DNA from: the human T2T-CHM13v2.0 reference genome, Homo sapiens
Direction: 5' to 3' (one strand)
Length of the DNA stretch: 64,000 bases
NCBI RefSeq assembly: GCF_009914755.1
Contig: NC_060930.1
Part shown: positions 1 through 11,900 of the stretch, one piece after another
Position numbering within the stretch: position 1 is the first letter of the stretch
Layout: each line of letters starts with the position of its first letter
Notes under the pieces: generated by a model
The model's input: only the letters and a program-made list of their open reading frames with translations
What the model was told of the DNA's origin: nothing
Databases searched by the model: none
Program-made: the position numbers and the translations under genes

Positions 1-1994
1 TTGCAAGTATATATGTAGTGCCCTTTGAGGCCTACGGTAGAAAAGGAAATATCTTCACATAAAAACAAAACAGAAGCATTGTCAGAAATTACTTTGCGAT
101 ATTTGCATTCAACTCACAGAGTTGAACATTCCACTTGATAGAGAAGTTTGGAAACACTCTTTATGTAGAATCAGCAAGTGGATATTTGGACCTCTTTGTT
201 TCTTTGAAATGTGATTTCTTCATATAAAACTAGACAGAAGAATTCTCAGAAACTTCTTACTGACGTGTGCCTTCAACTAACTGCATTGAAACTTCCTTTC
301 GACAGAGCAGTTTTGAAATATTCTTTTTGTAGAATTTCCAAGAGCATATTTAGATGGGTTCGAGGCCTATGGTAGAAAAGGAAATATCTTCACAGAAAAA
401 CTAGACCGAAGAATTCTGAGAAACTTCTTTGTGATGTGTTCATTCAACTCCCAGAGTTGAGCCTTCCTTTCGGCAGAGCAGTTGTGAAATTTTCTTTTTG
501 TACAATTTCCAAGTGGATATTTACAGCTCTTGGAGGCCTATGGTAGAAAAGGAAATATTTTCATAGAAAAACTAGACAGAATCATTCTCAGAAACTTCTT
601 TGTGATGTATGCATTCAACTCACAGAGTTGAAACTTCCTTTCAATAGAGCAGTTTTGAAATACTCTTTTTGTAGAATTTCCAAGCAGATAGTTAGATGGG
701 TTTGAGGCCTATGGTAGAAAAGGAAATATCTTCATAGATAAACTATACAGAATCATTCTCAGAAACTACTTTGTGATGTGTGCATTCAGCTTACAGAGGT
801 TAACCTTTCTTTTGATAGAGCAGTTTTGAATCAATCTTTTTATAGAATTTGCAAGTCTATATTTTGAGCGATTTGAGCCCTACGGTAGAATAGGAAATAT
901 CTTTACATAAAAACTAGACAGAAGCATTGTCAGAAACTACTTTGTGATGTTTGCATTCAACTCACAGTGTTGAACATTCCTCTTGACAGAGCAGTTTTGA
1001 AACACACTTTTGTAGCAACTGCAAGTGAATATTTGGAGTTTTTGAGGCCTTCGTTGGAAACGGGATTTCTTCATATAAAATTCGACAGAAGAATTCTCAG
1101 AAACTTCTTTGTGATGTGTGATTTCAACTCACAGGGTTGAACCTTCCTTTTGATAGAGCAGTTTTGAAACTCTCTTTTTGTAGATTTTCCTAGTGAATAT
1201 TTAGCGCTTTTTGAGGCCTATGGTAGAAAAGGCAATATCTTCATAGAAAAATTAGACAGAATGATTCTCAGAAATTATTTTGTGATATGGGCTTTCAACT
1301 CACAGAGTATAACTTTTGATAGAGCAGTTTTGAAACACTCTTTTTGTAGAATCTGAAAGTGAATATTTGGACTTGTTTGAGGCCTTCATTGGAAACGGAA
1401 TTTCTTCATATAAAACTTGACAGAATAATCCTCAGAAACTTCTTTGGGATGTGTGCATTCAACTCACAGGATTGAACCTGCCCTTCGATATAGCAGTTTT
1501 GAAATACTCTTTTGTAGAATTATCAAGTTGATATTTAGAGAGATTCGAGACCTATGGTAGAAAAGGAAATATCTTCATAGAAAAACTAGGCAGAATCATT
1601 CTCAGAAACTAGTTTGTGATGTGTGCATTAAGCTTACAGAGTTTAACCTTTCTTTTTATACAACAGTTTTGAAGCTACCTTTTTGTGTAATTTACATGTG
1701 TGTATTTAGAGCGCCTTGAGGCCTACGGTAGAAAAGGCAATATATTCACAAAAAAACTAGACAAAAGCTTTGCAGAAACTACTTTGTGATATCTGCATTC
1801 AACTCACAGAGTTGAACATTCCTCCTGATAGAGCAGTTCTGAAACCCTGTTTTGTAGAATCTGCAAGTGGATATTCTGACCTCATTGTGGCCATCATTTG
1901 ATACGTGATTTCTTCATATAAAACTTGACAGAGGAATTCTCCGAAACATTTTTGTGATGTGTGCATCCAACTCAGAGAGTTGAACTTTCCTTTC
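1..1994 (+). repeat. Alpha satellite (ALR/Alpha), divergent pentameric array, segment 1
   Basis: Tandem ~171-bp monomers (CAGAAGAATTCTCAGAAACTTCTTTGTGATGTGTGC...GATAGAGCAGTTTTGAAAC...TGTAGAATCTGCAAGTGGATATTTGG) with a canonical CENP-B box at 1049-1065. Confidence 0.98.
1049..1065 (+). promoter_or_regulatory. Canonical CENP-B box (representative copy)
   Basis: CTTCGTTGGAAACGGGA. Other boxes retaining the TTCGnnnnAnnCGGG core: 7706-7722, 9407-9423, 9919-9935, 12127-12143, 19946-19962, 30463-30479, 32844-32860, 33695-33711, 37884-37900, 48965-48981, 50665-50681, 57454-57470, 60340-60356. Found by eye, so the list may be incomplete. Confidence 0.9.
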
Positions 1995-2305
1995 TTTTTT
2001 TTTTAAATTGAACAATTTCAAAATTTTTATTTCTCAGTGATTAGCTTTAAATTTACATTCCTATGCACATGGAGTTGTATCAGGAAACTCTTGTTTGTAC
2101 CATCTCTTTCTGGCAGCCTTCAGGAAATGAAGTAGCATCATCAGCAGCATGTTAATCATTGATAATTAATGTGGCCTGGGATGAATTGGATTACAGGATT
2201 GCTGTGTACCATGTGACATGAGGGGCTCATAATAGGCTTAAAGATGATAAAAATATTTTTTTCTCTTAAATATCATAGAAATAACTGGAAATATTAATAG
2301 AAATA

Positions 2306-2631
2306 CAGTTGGCTCTCCGTATCCATAGGTTCCCCATCAGTAGATTCAACCAACCATGGATCAAAAATATTTAGGGGGAAAATCTTCACAAATTTCCAAA
2401 AGGCAAAATTTGAATTTGCCACACACTGAGGACTATGTTGAATCCACATGAATAAGAAGATGTGTAGGCATTATATAAGTAATCTAGAGATTATTTAAAG
2501 GGTACAGGAGGATGTGTGTGGGTTATCTGCAAATACTATACCACTTTATATAAGAGGCTTGAGCATCTGTGGATTTTGGTATCTGCAGGTGGTCCTGGAG
2601 CCATTCTCTCATGGATATAGAGGGACAGCTA
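2306..2631 (-). mobile_element. MER2/MER2B (TcMar-Tigger non-autonomous DNA transposon), passenger in the retrocopy
   Basis: Imperfect TIRs CAGTTGGCTCTCCGTATCCAT and ATGGATATAGAGGGACAGCTA flanked by TA (2304-2305, 2632-2633). Internal motifs GATACCAAAATCCACAGATGCTCAAG and ATCTCTAGATTACTTAT on the - strand. Confidence 0.85.
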
Positions 2632-2651
2632 TAATTTCTTTATAAATTGGT

Positions 2652-2696
2652 ATTGACCACATAAAGAACCTCATTGACTACATATAGAACCTCATT
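2652..2696. repeat. 21-bp tandem duplication (two copies)
   Basis: ATTGACCACATAAAGAACCTC followed by ATTGACTACATATAGAACCTC. Confidence 0.85.
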
Positions 2697-2700
2697 ACAT

Positions 2701-2927
<227 letters not shown>

Positions 2928-2929
<2 letters not shown>

Positions 2930-5900
2930 TTTCAATAGAGCAGCTTCGAGATTCTCTTTATGTAGAATTTCCAAGTGGATATTTAGCGAGGTTTGAGGCC
3001 TATGGTAGAAAAGGAAATATCTTCATAGAAAAACAAGACAGAATCATTATCAGAAACTACCTTGTGGTGTGTGCATTCAGCTTACAGAGTTTAAACTTTC
3101 TTTTGTTAGAGCAGTTTTGAAACAACTTTTTGTGGAATTTGCAAGTGTATATTTAGAGCGTTTTGAGGCCTCAGGTAGAAAATGAAATATCTTCACAAAA
3201 AAACTAGAGAGAAGCATTGTCAGAAATTACTTTGTGATATTTGCTTTCAACTCACAGTGTTGAACATTCCTCTTGATAGAGCAGATTTGAAACACTCTTT
3301 TTGTAGCATCTGCAAGTGGATATTTAGACCTCTTTGGGTCCACAAAAAACTCTCTTTTTGGAGAATCTCCAAGTGGATATTTAGCGCGATTTGTGGCCTA
3401 TGGTAGAAAAGGCAATAGCTTCATAGAAAAACTAGACAGAAGAATTCTCATGAACATGTTTGTGATGTGTGCTTTCAAATCACAGAGTTGAAACTTCCTT
3501 TCGATAGAGCAGTTTTGAAACTCTCTTTTTGTAGAATTTCCAAGTGGATATTTAGCGCCGTTTGAGGCCTATGGTAGAAAAGGCAATATCTTCATAGAAA
3601 AACTAGACAGAATGATTCTCAGAAACTACATTGTGATGTGTGAATTCAACTCACAGAGTTTAACCTTTCTTTTGATAGAGCAGTTTTGAAACACTCTTTT
3701 TGTAGAATCTGCAAGTGAATATTTGGGCTTTTTTGAGCTTTCTTTGGAAACAGGCATTCTTCATATAAAACTTGACAGAAGAATTGTCAGAAACTTCTTT
3801 GTGATGTGTGCATTCAACTCACAGAGTTGAACCTTCCTTTCGATAGAGCAGTTTTGATATACTCTTTTTATAGAATTTTCAAGTGGATATTCAGAGCAGT
3901 TCGAGCCCTATGGTAAAAAAGGAAATGTCTTCATATAAAAACTAGACAGAATCATTCTCAGAAACTAGATTTTGATGGCAGCTCTCAGCTTACACAGTTT
4001 AACCTTTCTTTTCATAGAGCAGTTTTGAAACCCCCTTTTTGTGGAATTTGCAAGTGTATATTTATAGGGCTTTGAGGCTTATGGCAGAAAAGGAAATATC
4101 TTCTCAAAAACATTAGACAGAAGCATTGTCAGAAACTACTTTGTGATATTTGCATTCAACTCAAAGTGTTGAACATTCCTCTTGATTGAGCAGTTTTCAA
4201 ACACTGTTTTCGTAGAATCTGCAAGTGGTTATTAGGACCTCTTTGTGGCCTGCGTTTGATACGTGATTTCTTCCTATAAAGCTAGACAGAAGAATTCTCA
4301 GAAACTTCTTTGTGATGTGTGCTTTCAACTCACAGATTTGAACCTTCCTTTCAATAGATCAGTTTTGAAACTCTCTTTTTGTAGAATTTCCAAGTGGATA
4401 TTTAGCGCCGATGAGGCCTATGGTAGAAAAGAAAATATCTTCATTGAAAAACTAGACAGAATGATTCTCAGAAACTACTGTGTGATGTGTGCATTCAACT
4501 CACAGAGTTTAACTTTTCTTTTGATAGAGCATTTTTGAAACACTCTTTTTAAAGAATCTGCAAGTGAATATTTGGACTTTTTTGAGGCCTTCGTTGGAAA
4601 TGGGATTTCTTCATATAAAACATGACAGAGTAATTCTCAGAAACTTCTTTGGGATGTGTGCATTCAACTCACAGAGTTGAACCTACCTTTCGATAGAGCA
4701 GTTTTGAAATACACTTTTTATAGGATCTTCAAGTTGATAATTACAGAGGTTCGAGGCCTATGGTAGAAAAGGAAATATCTTCATAGAAAAACTAGACCGA
4801 ATCATTCTCAGAAACTACTTTGTGATGTGTGCATTAACCTTAGAGAGTTTAACCTTTCTTTTGATAGAGCAGTTTTGAAGCAATCTTTTTGTGTGATTTA
4901 CAAGTGTATATTTAGAGCGCCTTGAGGCCTACAGTAGAAAACGTAATATCTTCACAAAAAAACTAGACAGAAGCATTGTCAGAAACTACTTTGTGATATT
5001 TACATTCAACTCACAGAGTTGAACATTCCTCTTGATAGAGCAGTTTTGACACCCTCTTTTGTAGAATCTGCAAGTGGATATTCTGACCTCATGGTGGCCA
5101 TCGTTTGGTAAGTGATTTCTTCATATAAAACTTGACAGAAGAATTCGCAGAAACATTTTTTGTGATGAGTGTATCCAACTCACAGAGTTGAAACTTCCTT
5201 TCAATAGAGCAGCTTTCAGATTCTCTTTTTGTAGAAATTCCAAGTGGATATTTAGGGGGGATTGAGGCCTATGGTAGACAAGGAAATATCTTCATAGAAA
5301 AACTAGACAGAATCATTATCAGAAACCAGTTTGTGATGTGTGCATTCACCTTACAGAGTTTAACCTTTCTTTCAATAGAGCAGTTTTGAAACAACTTTTT
5401 GTGGAATTTGCAAGTGTATATTTAGAGCATTTTGAGGCCTATGGTAGAAAAGGAAATATCTTCACAAAAAAATAGAAGCATTGTCAGAAACTACTTTGTG
5501 ATATCTGCATTCAACTCACAGAGTTGAACATTCCTCTTGCTAGAGGAGTTTTGAAACACTCGTTTTGTAGAATCTGCAAGTGGATATTTAGACCTCTTTG
5601 GGTAGACAAAAAACTCTCTCTTTGTTCAACTTCCAAGTGGATATTTAACGTTGTTTGAGGCCTATGGTAGAAAAGGAAATATCTTTATAGAAAAACTAGA
5701 CAGAATCATTCTCAGAAACTACTTTTTGATGTGTGCATTCAGCTTACAGAGTTTAACATTTCTTTTGATAGAGCAGTTTTGATACACTCTATTTGTGGTA
5801 TTTGCAAGTCAATATTTAGAGCGCTTTGAGGCTTACGGTAGAAAACGGAATATCATCACATAAAAACTAGACAGAAGCATTTTCAGAAAGTACTTTGTGA

Positions 5901-8900
5901 TATTTGCATTCAACCCACAGAGTTGAACATTCCTCTTGATTGAGCCGTTTTCAAACACTGTTTTTGAAAGAATCTACAACTGGATATTTGGACCTCTTTG
6001 TGGCCTTCGTTTGAAACGTGATTTCTTCATATAAAACTAGACAGAAGAATTCTCAGAAACTTCTTTGTGATGTGTGCCTTCAACTCACAGCGTTGAAACT
6101 TCGTTTTGACAGAGCAGTTTTGAAATACTCTTTTTGTAGAATTTCCAAGTGGATATTTAGCGCCTTTTGAGGCCTATGTTAGAAAAGACAGTATCTTCAT
6201 AAAACACTGGACAGAATCATTCTCAGAAACTGCTTTGTGATGTGTGCATTAAGCTTACAGAGTTTAACCTTTCTTTAGATAGATCAGTTTTGAAACATTC
6301 TTTTTCTGGAATTTGCAAGTGTATATATAGAGCTCTTTGAGGCCTACGGTAGAAAAGGAAATATCTTCACTTGAAAACTAGACAGAAGCTTTGTGAGAAA
6401 CTAGTTTGTGATATTTGCATTCATCTCACAGAGTTGAACATTCCTCTTGATAGAGAAGTTTTGAAACACTCTTTTTGTAGAATCCGCAAGTGGATATTGG
6501 GACTTTTTTGAGGCCTTCGTTTAAAACGTGGTTTCTTCACATAGAACAAGACAGAAGAATTCTCAGAAACTTCTTTGTGATTTGTGGTTTCAACTCACTG
6601 TGCTGAACCTTTCTTTAGATAGAGCAGTTTTGAAACTTTCTTTTTGCAGAATTTCCAAGTGTTTATTTATCGCCGTTTGAGGCCTATGGCAGAAAAGGCA
6701 ATATCTTCATAGTAAAATTAACAGAATGATTCTCAGAAACTACTTTGTGATGTGTGCATTCAACTCACAAAGTTTAACATTTCCTTTGATAGAGCAGTTT
6801 TGAAACACTCTTTTCGCAGAATCTGCAAGTGTATATTTGGACTTATTTGAGTCCTTCTTTGGAAACGGGATTTCTTCATATAAAACTTCATAGAAGAATT
6901 ATCAGAAACTTCTTGGTGATGTGTGCATTCAACTCACAGGTTTGAATCTTCTTTTTGATAAAGCAGTTTTGAAATTCTCTTTTTGTAGAATTTCTAAGTG
7001 GATATTTAGAGCGGTTCGAGGACTATGGTAGAAAAGGAAATATCTTCATAGAAAAACCAGACAGAATCATTCTCAGAAACGATTTTGTGATGTGTGCATT
7101 CATATTACAGAGTTTAACCTTTCTTTTGTTAGAGCAGTTTGGAAACACTCTTTTTTGTGTAATTTGCAAGTGCATATTTAGGGCGTTTTGCGGCCTACGG
7201 TAGAAAAGGAAATATCTTCACATAAAAACTAGACAGAAGCATTGTCAGAAACTACGTTGTGATATTTGCATTCAACTCGCACAGTTGAGCATTCCTCTTG
7301 ATAGAGCAGTTTTGAAACTCTCTTTTTGTAGAATCTGCAAGTGGATATTTGGACCTCTTAGTGGCCTTCGTTTGAAAAGTGATTACTTCATATAAAACTA
7401 GACAGAAGAAATCTCAGAAACTTCTTTGTGATGAGTGCTATCAACTCACAGAGTTGAACCTTCATTTCGATAGAGCAGTTTTGAGACTCTATTTTTGTAA
7501 TATTTCCAAGAGAATATTTAGCTCTGTTTGAGGCCCATGGTAGAAAATGCAATAAATTCATAGAAAAACTAGACAGAATCATTCTCACAAACATCTTTGT
7601 GATATGTGCGGTCACCTCACAGAGTCTAAACTTACTTTTCATAGAGCAGTTTTGAAACAGTCTTTTTGTAGAATCTGCAAGTGAATATTTGGACTTTTTT
7701 GAGGCCTTCGTTGGAAACGGGATTTCTTCCTATAAAACTTGACAGAAGAATTCTCAGAAAATTCTTTGTGATGTGTGCATTCAACTCACAGAGTTGAACC
7801 TTCCTTTTGATAGAGCAGTTTTGAAATATTCTTTTTGTAGAATTTCCGAGTGGATATTTAGAGTGGTTCGAGGCCTATGGTAGAAAAGGAAATATCTTCA
7901 TAGAAAAACTAGGCAGAATTATTCTCAGAAACTAGTTTGTGATGTAAGAATTCAGCTTACGTAATTTAAACTTTCTTTTGTGAGAGCAGTTTTGAAACAC
8001 TCTTTTTGTGGAATTTGCAAGTGTATGTTTAGAGCGCTTTGAGGCCTCCGGTAGAAAAGGATATATCTTCACAAAAAAAATAGACAGAAGCATTGTCAGA
8101 ACCTACTTTGAGATATTTGCATTGAACTCACAGAGTTCAACATTCCTTTTGATAGAGCAGTTTTGAACCACTTTTTTGCAGAATCTGCAGTTGGAAATTT
8201 GGACCTCTTTGTTGCCTTCGTTTGAAACGTGATTCCTTCATATGAAACTAGAGAGAAGAATTCTCAGAAACTTCTTTGTGATGTGTGCTTTCAACTCATA
8301 GAGTTGAACCATCGTTTGGATAGAGCAGTTTTGAGACTCCCTTTTGTAGAATTTCCAAGTGGATATTTAGTGCCGTTTGAGGCCCATGGTGGAAAAGGAA
8401 AAATCTTCATAGAAAAACTAGACAGAATGATTCTCAGAAACTACTTTTTCATGTGTGTGTTCAACTCACAGAGTTTAAACTTTCTTTTGATAGAGCAGTT
8501 TTGAAACACTCTTTTTGTAGATTCTGCAATTGAATATTTGGACTTCTTTGAATTCTTCTTTGTAAACGGGACTTCTTTATATAAAACTAGACAGAAGAAT
8601 TATCAGAAACTTGTTTGTCATGTCTGCATTCAACTCACAGAGTTGAAACTTCCTTTCAATAGAGCAGTTTTGAAATACTCTTTTTGTAGAATTTCCAAGT
8701 GGATAATTAGAGCGGTCCGAGGCCTGTGGTAGAAAAGTATATATCTTCATAGAAAAACTAGACAAAATCATTCTCAGAAACTACTTTGTGATGTGTGCAT
8801 TCAGCTTACAGAGTTTAACCTTTCTTCTGATAAAGCAGTTTTGAAACAACCTTTTTGTGGATTTTTCAAGTGTATATTTAGAGTGCTTTGAGTCCTACTG

Positions 8901-11900
8901 TAGAAAAGGATATATCTTCACAAAAAAAACTAGAGAGAAGCATCGTCAGAAACTACTTTGTCATATTTGCATTCAACTCACAGAGTTGAACATTCTTCTT
9001 GATAGAGTAGTTTTGAAACAATCTCTTTGTAGAATCTGCAAGTGGATATTTGGTCCTCTTTGTGGCCTTAGTTTGAAACGTGATTTATTCATGTAAAACT
9101 AGACAGAAGAATTCTCTGAAACTTCTTTGTGACGTGTGCTTTCAACTCACAGAGTTGAAACTTCCTTTTGATAGAGCCGTTTTGAGACCCTCTTTTTGTA
9201 AAATTTTCAAGTGAATATTTAGCCCCTTGTGAGTCCTATGGTAGAAAAGGAAATATCTTCATAGAAAAACTAGACAGAATGATTCTCAGAAACTACTTTG
9301 TGATGTCTGCCTTCAGCTCACAGACTTTAACCTTTCTTTTGATAGAACAGTTTTGAAACACTCTGTTTATAGAATCTGCAAGTGAATATTTGGACTTTTT
9401 TGAGGCCTTCGTTGGAAACGGGATTTCTTCATATAAAACTTGACAGAAGAATTCTCAGAAACTTCTTAGTGATGTGTGCATTCAACACACAGAGTTGAAA
9501 CTTCCTTTCTATAGAGCAGTTTTGAAATACTCTTTTTGAAGAAGTTCCAAGTGGGTATTTAGAGCGGTTCGAGGTCTGTGGTAGAAAAGGGTATATCTTC
9601 ATAGAAAAACTAGACAGAATCATTCTCAGAAACTACTTTGTGATGTGCGCATTCAGCTTACAGAGTTTAACTTTTCTTCTGATGCAGTAGTTTTCAAACA
9701 CTCTTTTTGTAGAATTTGCAAGTGTATATTGACAGCGCTTTGAGGCCTATGGTAGAAAAGGAAATATCTTCGCATAATAACTAGACAGAAGCACTGTCAG
9801 AAACTACTTTGATATATTTGCATTCTACTCACAGAGTTTAATCTTTCTATTCATAGAGCAGTTTTGCAACACACTTTTTGTAGAATCAGCAAAAGAATAT
9901 TTGGAAGTTTTTTGAGACCTTCGTTGGAAACGGGATTTCTTCACATAAAATTTGACAGAGTAATTCTCAGAAACTGTTTTGTGATGTGTGCATTCAATCC
10001 ACAGAGTTGAAACTTCTTTTCGATGGAGAATTCTTGAAATAGTCCTTTGTAGAATTTCTAAATGGATATTTTGGGCGGTTTGAAGCCTCTGGTAGTAAAG
10101 GAAATACCTTCATAGAAAAACTAGACAGAATCATTTTCAGAAACTACTTTGTGATGTGTGAATTCAGCTTAGAAAGTTCAACCTTTCTTTTTATAGAGAA
10201 GTATGGAAAACCCATTTTTGTGGAATTTGCAAGTGTATATTTAGAGTGCTTTGAGGCCTATGGTAGAAAAGGTAATATCTTCACAAAATACTAGACAGAA
10301 GCATTTTCAGAAACTACATTGTGATATTTGCATTCAACTCACAGAGTTGAACACTCCTCTTGATAGAGCAGTTTTGCAACACTGTTTTTGAAGAATCTGA
10401 AATTGAATATTTGGAATTTTTTGAGGCCTTCTTGGAAATGGGATTTCTTCATATTAAAATTGACAGAAGAATTCTCAGTAACTCCTTCGTGATGTGTGCA
10501 TTCAACTCACAGAGTTGAACCTTCCTTTCGATAGAGCAGTTTTGAAATCCTCTTTTTATAGAATTTGAAGTTGCAATTTAGACCGGTTCGAGGCCTATGG
10601 TAGAAAAGGAAATATCTTCATAGAAAAGCTAGACAGAATCATTCTCTGAAACTGCTCTGTGCTGTGTGCATTAATCTTACAGAGTGTAACCTTTCTTTTG
10701 ATAGAGCAGTTTTGAAACAACCTTTTTTTTGTATGGTACAAGTGTATATTTAGAGCACTTTGAGGCCTACGGTAGAAAATGATATATCTTCACATAAAAA
10801 CTAGACAGAAGCATTGTCAGAAACTACTTTGTGATATTTTCATTCAACTCGCAGATTTGAACATTCCTCTTGATAGAACAGTTTTGAAACCCTCTTTTGT
10901 AGAATCTGCAAGTGGATATTCTGACCTCATAGTGGCCGTCTTTTGAGACGTGATTTCTTCATATAAAACTTGAAAGAAGAATTCTAAGAATCTTCTCTGT
11001 GGTGTGTGCTTTCAACTCACAGAGTTGTGCCTTCCTTTCGATAGAGCAGTTTTGAAACTCTCTTTCTGAGGTGTTTCCAAGGGGATACTTAGCGCCATTT
11101 GAGGCCTATGGTAGAAAAAGCAATATCTTCATAGAAAAACTAGACAGAATCATACGCAGAATCAACTTTGTGATGTGTGCGTTCAACTCACAGAGTTTAA
11201 CCTTTCTTTTGATAGAGCAGTTTTGAAACACTCCTTTTGTAGAATCTGCAAGTGAATATTTGGACTTTTTTGAGGCCTTCTTCGGAAACGGGCTTTCTTC
11301 TTATAAAACTTGACTGAAGAATTCTCAGAAACTTCTTTGTGATGTGTGCATTCCACTCTCAGATTTGAATCTTCCTTTTGATAGAGCAGTTTTGAAAATC
11401 TCTTTTTGTAGAATTTCCAAATGGATATTTAGAGGTGTTCGAGGCCTGTGAGAGAAAACTAAATATCTTCATAGAAAAACTATACAGAATCATTCTCAGA
11501 AACTATTTTGTGATGTTTGCATTGAGCTGATGGAATTTAACCATTCTTCTGATAGAGCAGTTTTGACACACACTTCTTATAGAATTTGCAAGTGTATATT
11601 TAGAGCGCTTTGTGGCCTACGGTAGAAAAGGAAATATCTTCACAAAAAAAACTCAACAGAAGCATTGTCAGAAACTACTTTGTGATATTTGTATTCAACT
11701 CACAATGATGAACATTCCTCCTGATAGAGCAGTATTGAAAAACTCTGTTTGTAGAATCTGCACGTGTATATTTGAAGCTATTTGTGGTCTTCGTTTGATA
11801 CGTGATTTCTTCATATAAAACTAGACAGAAAAATTCTCAGAAACTTCTTTGGGATGTGTGCCTTCAACTCACAGAGTTGAACCTTCCTTTCGATAGAGCA

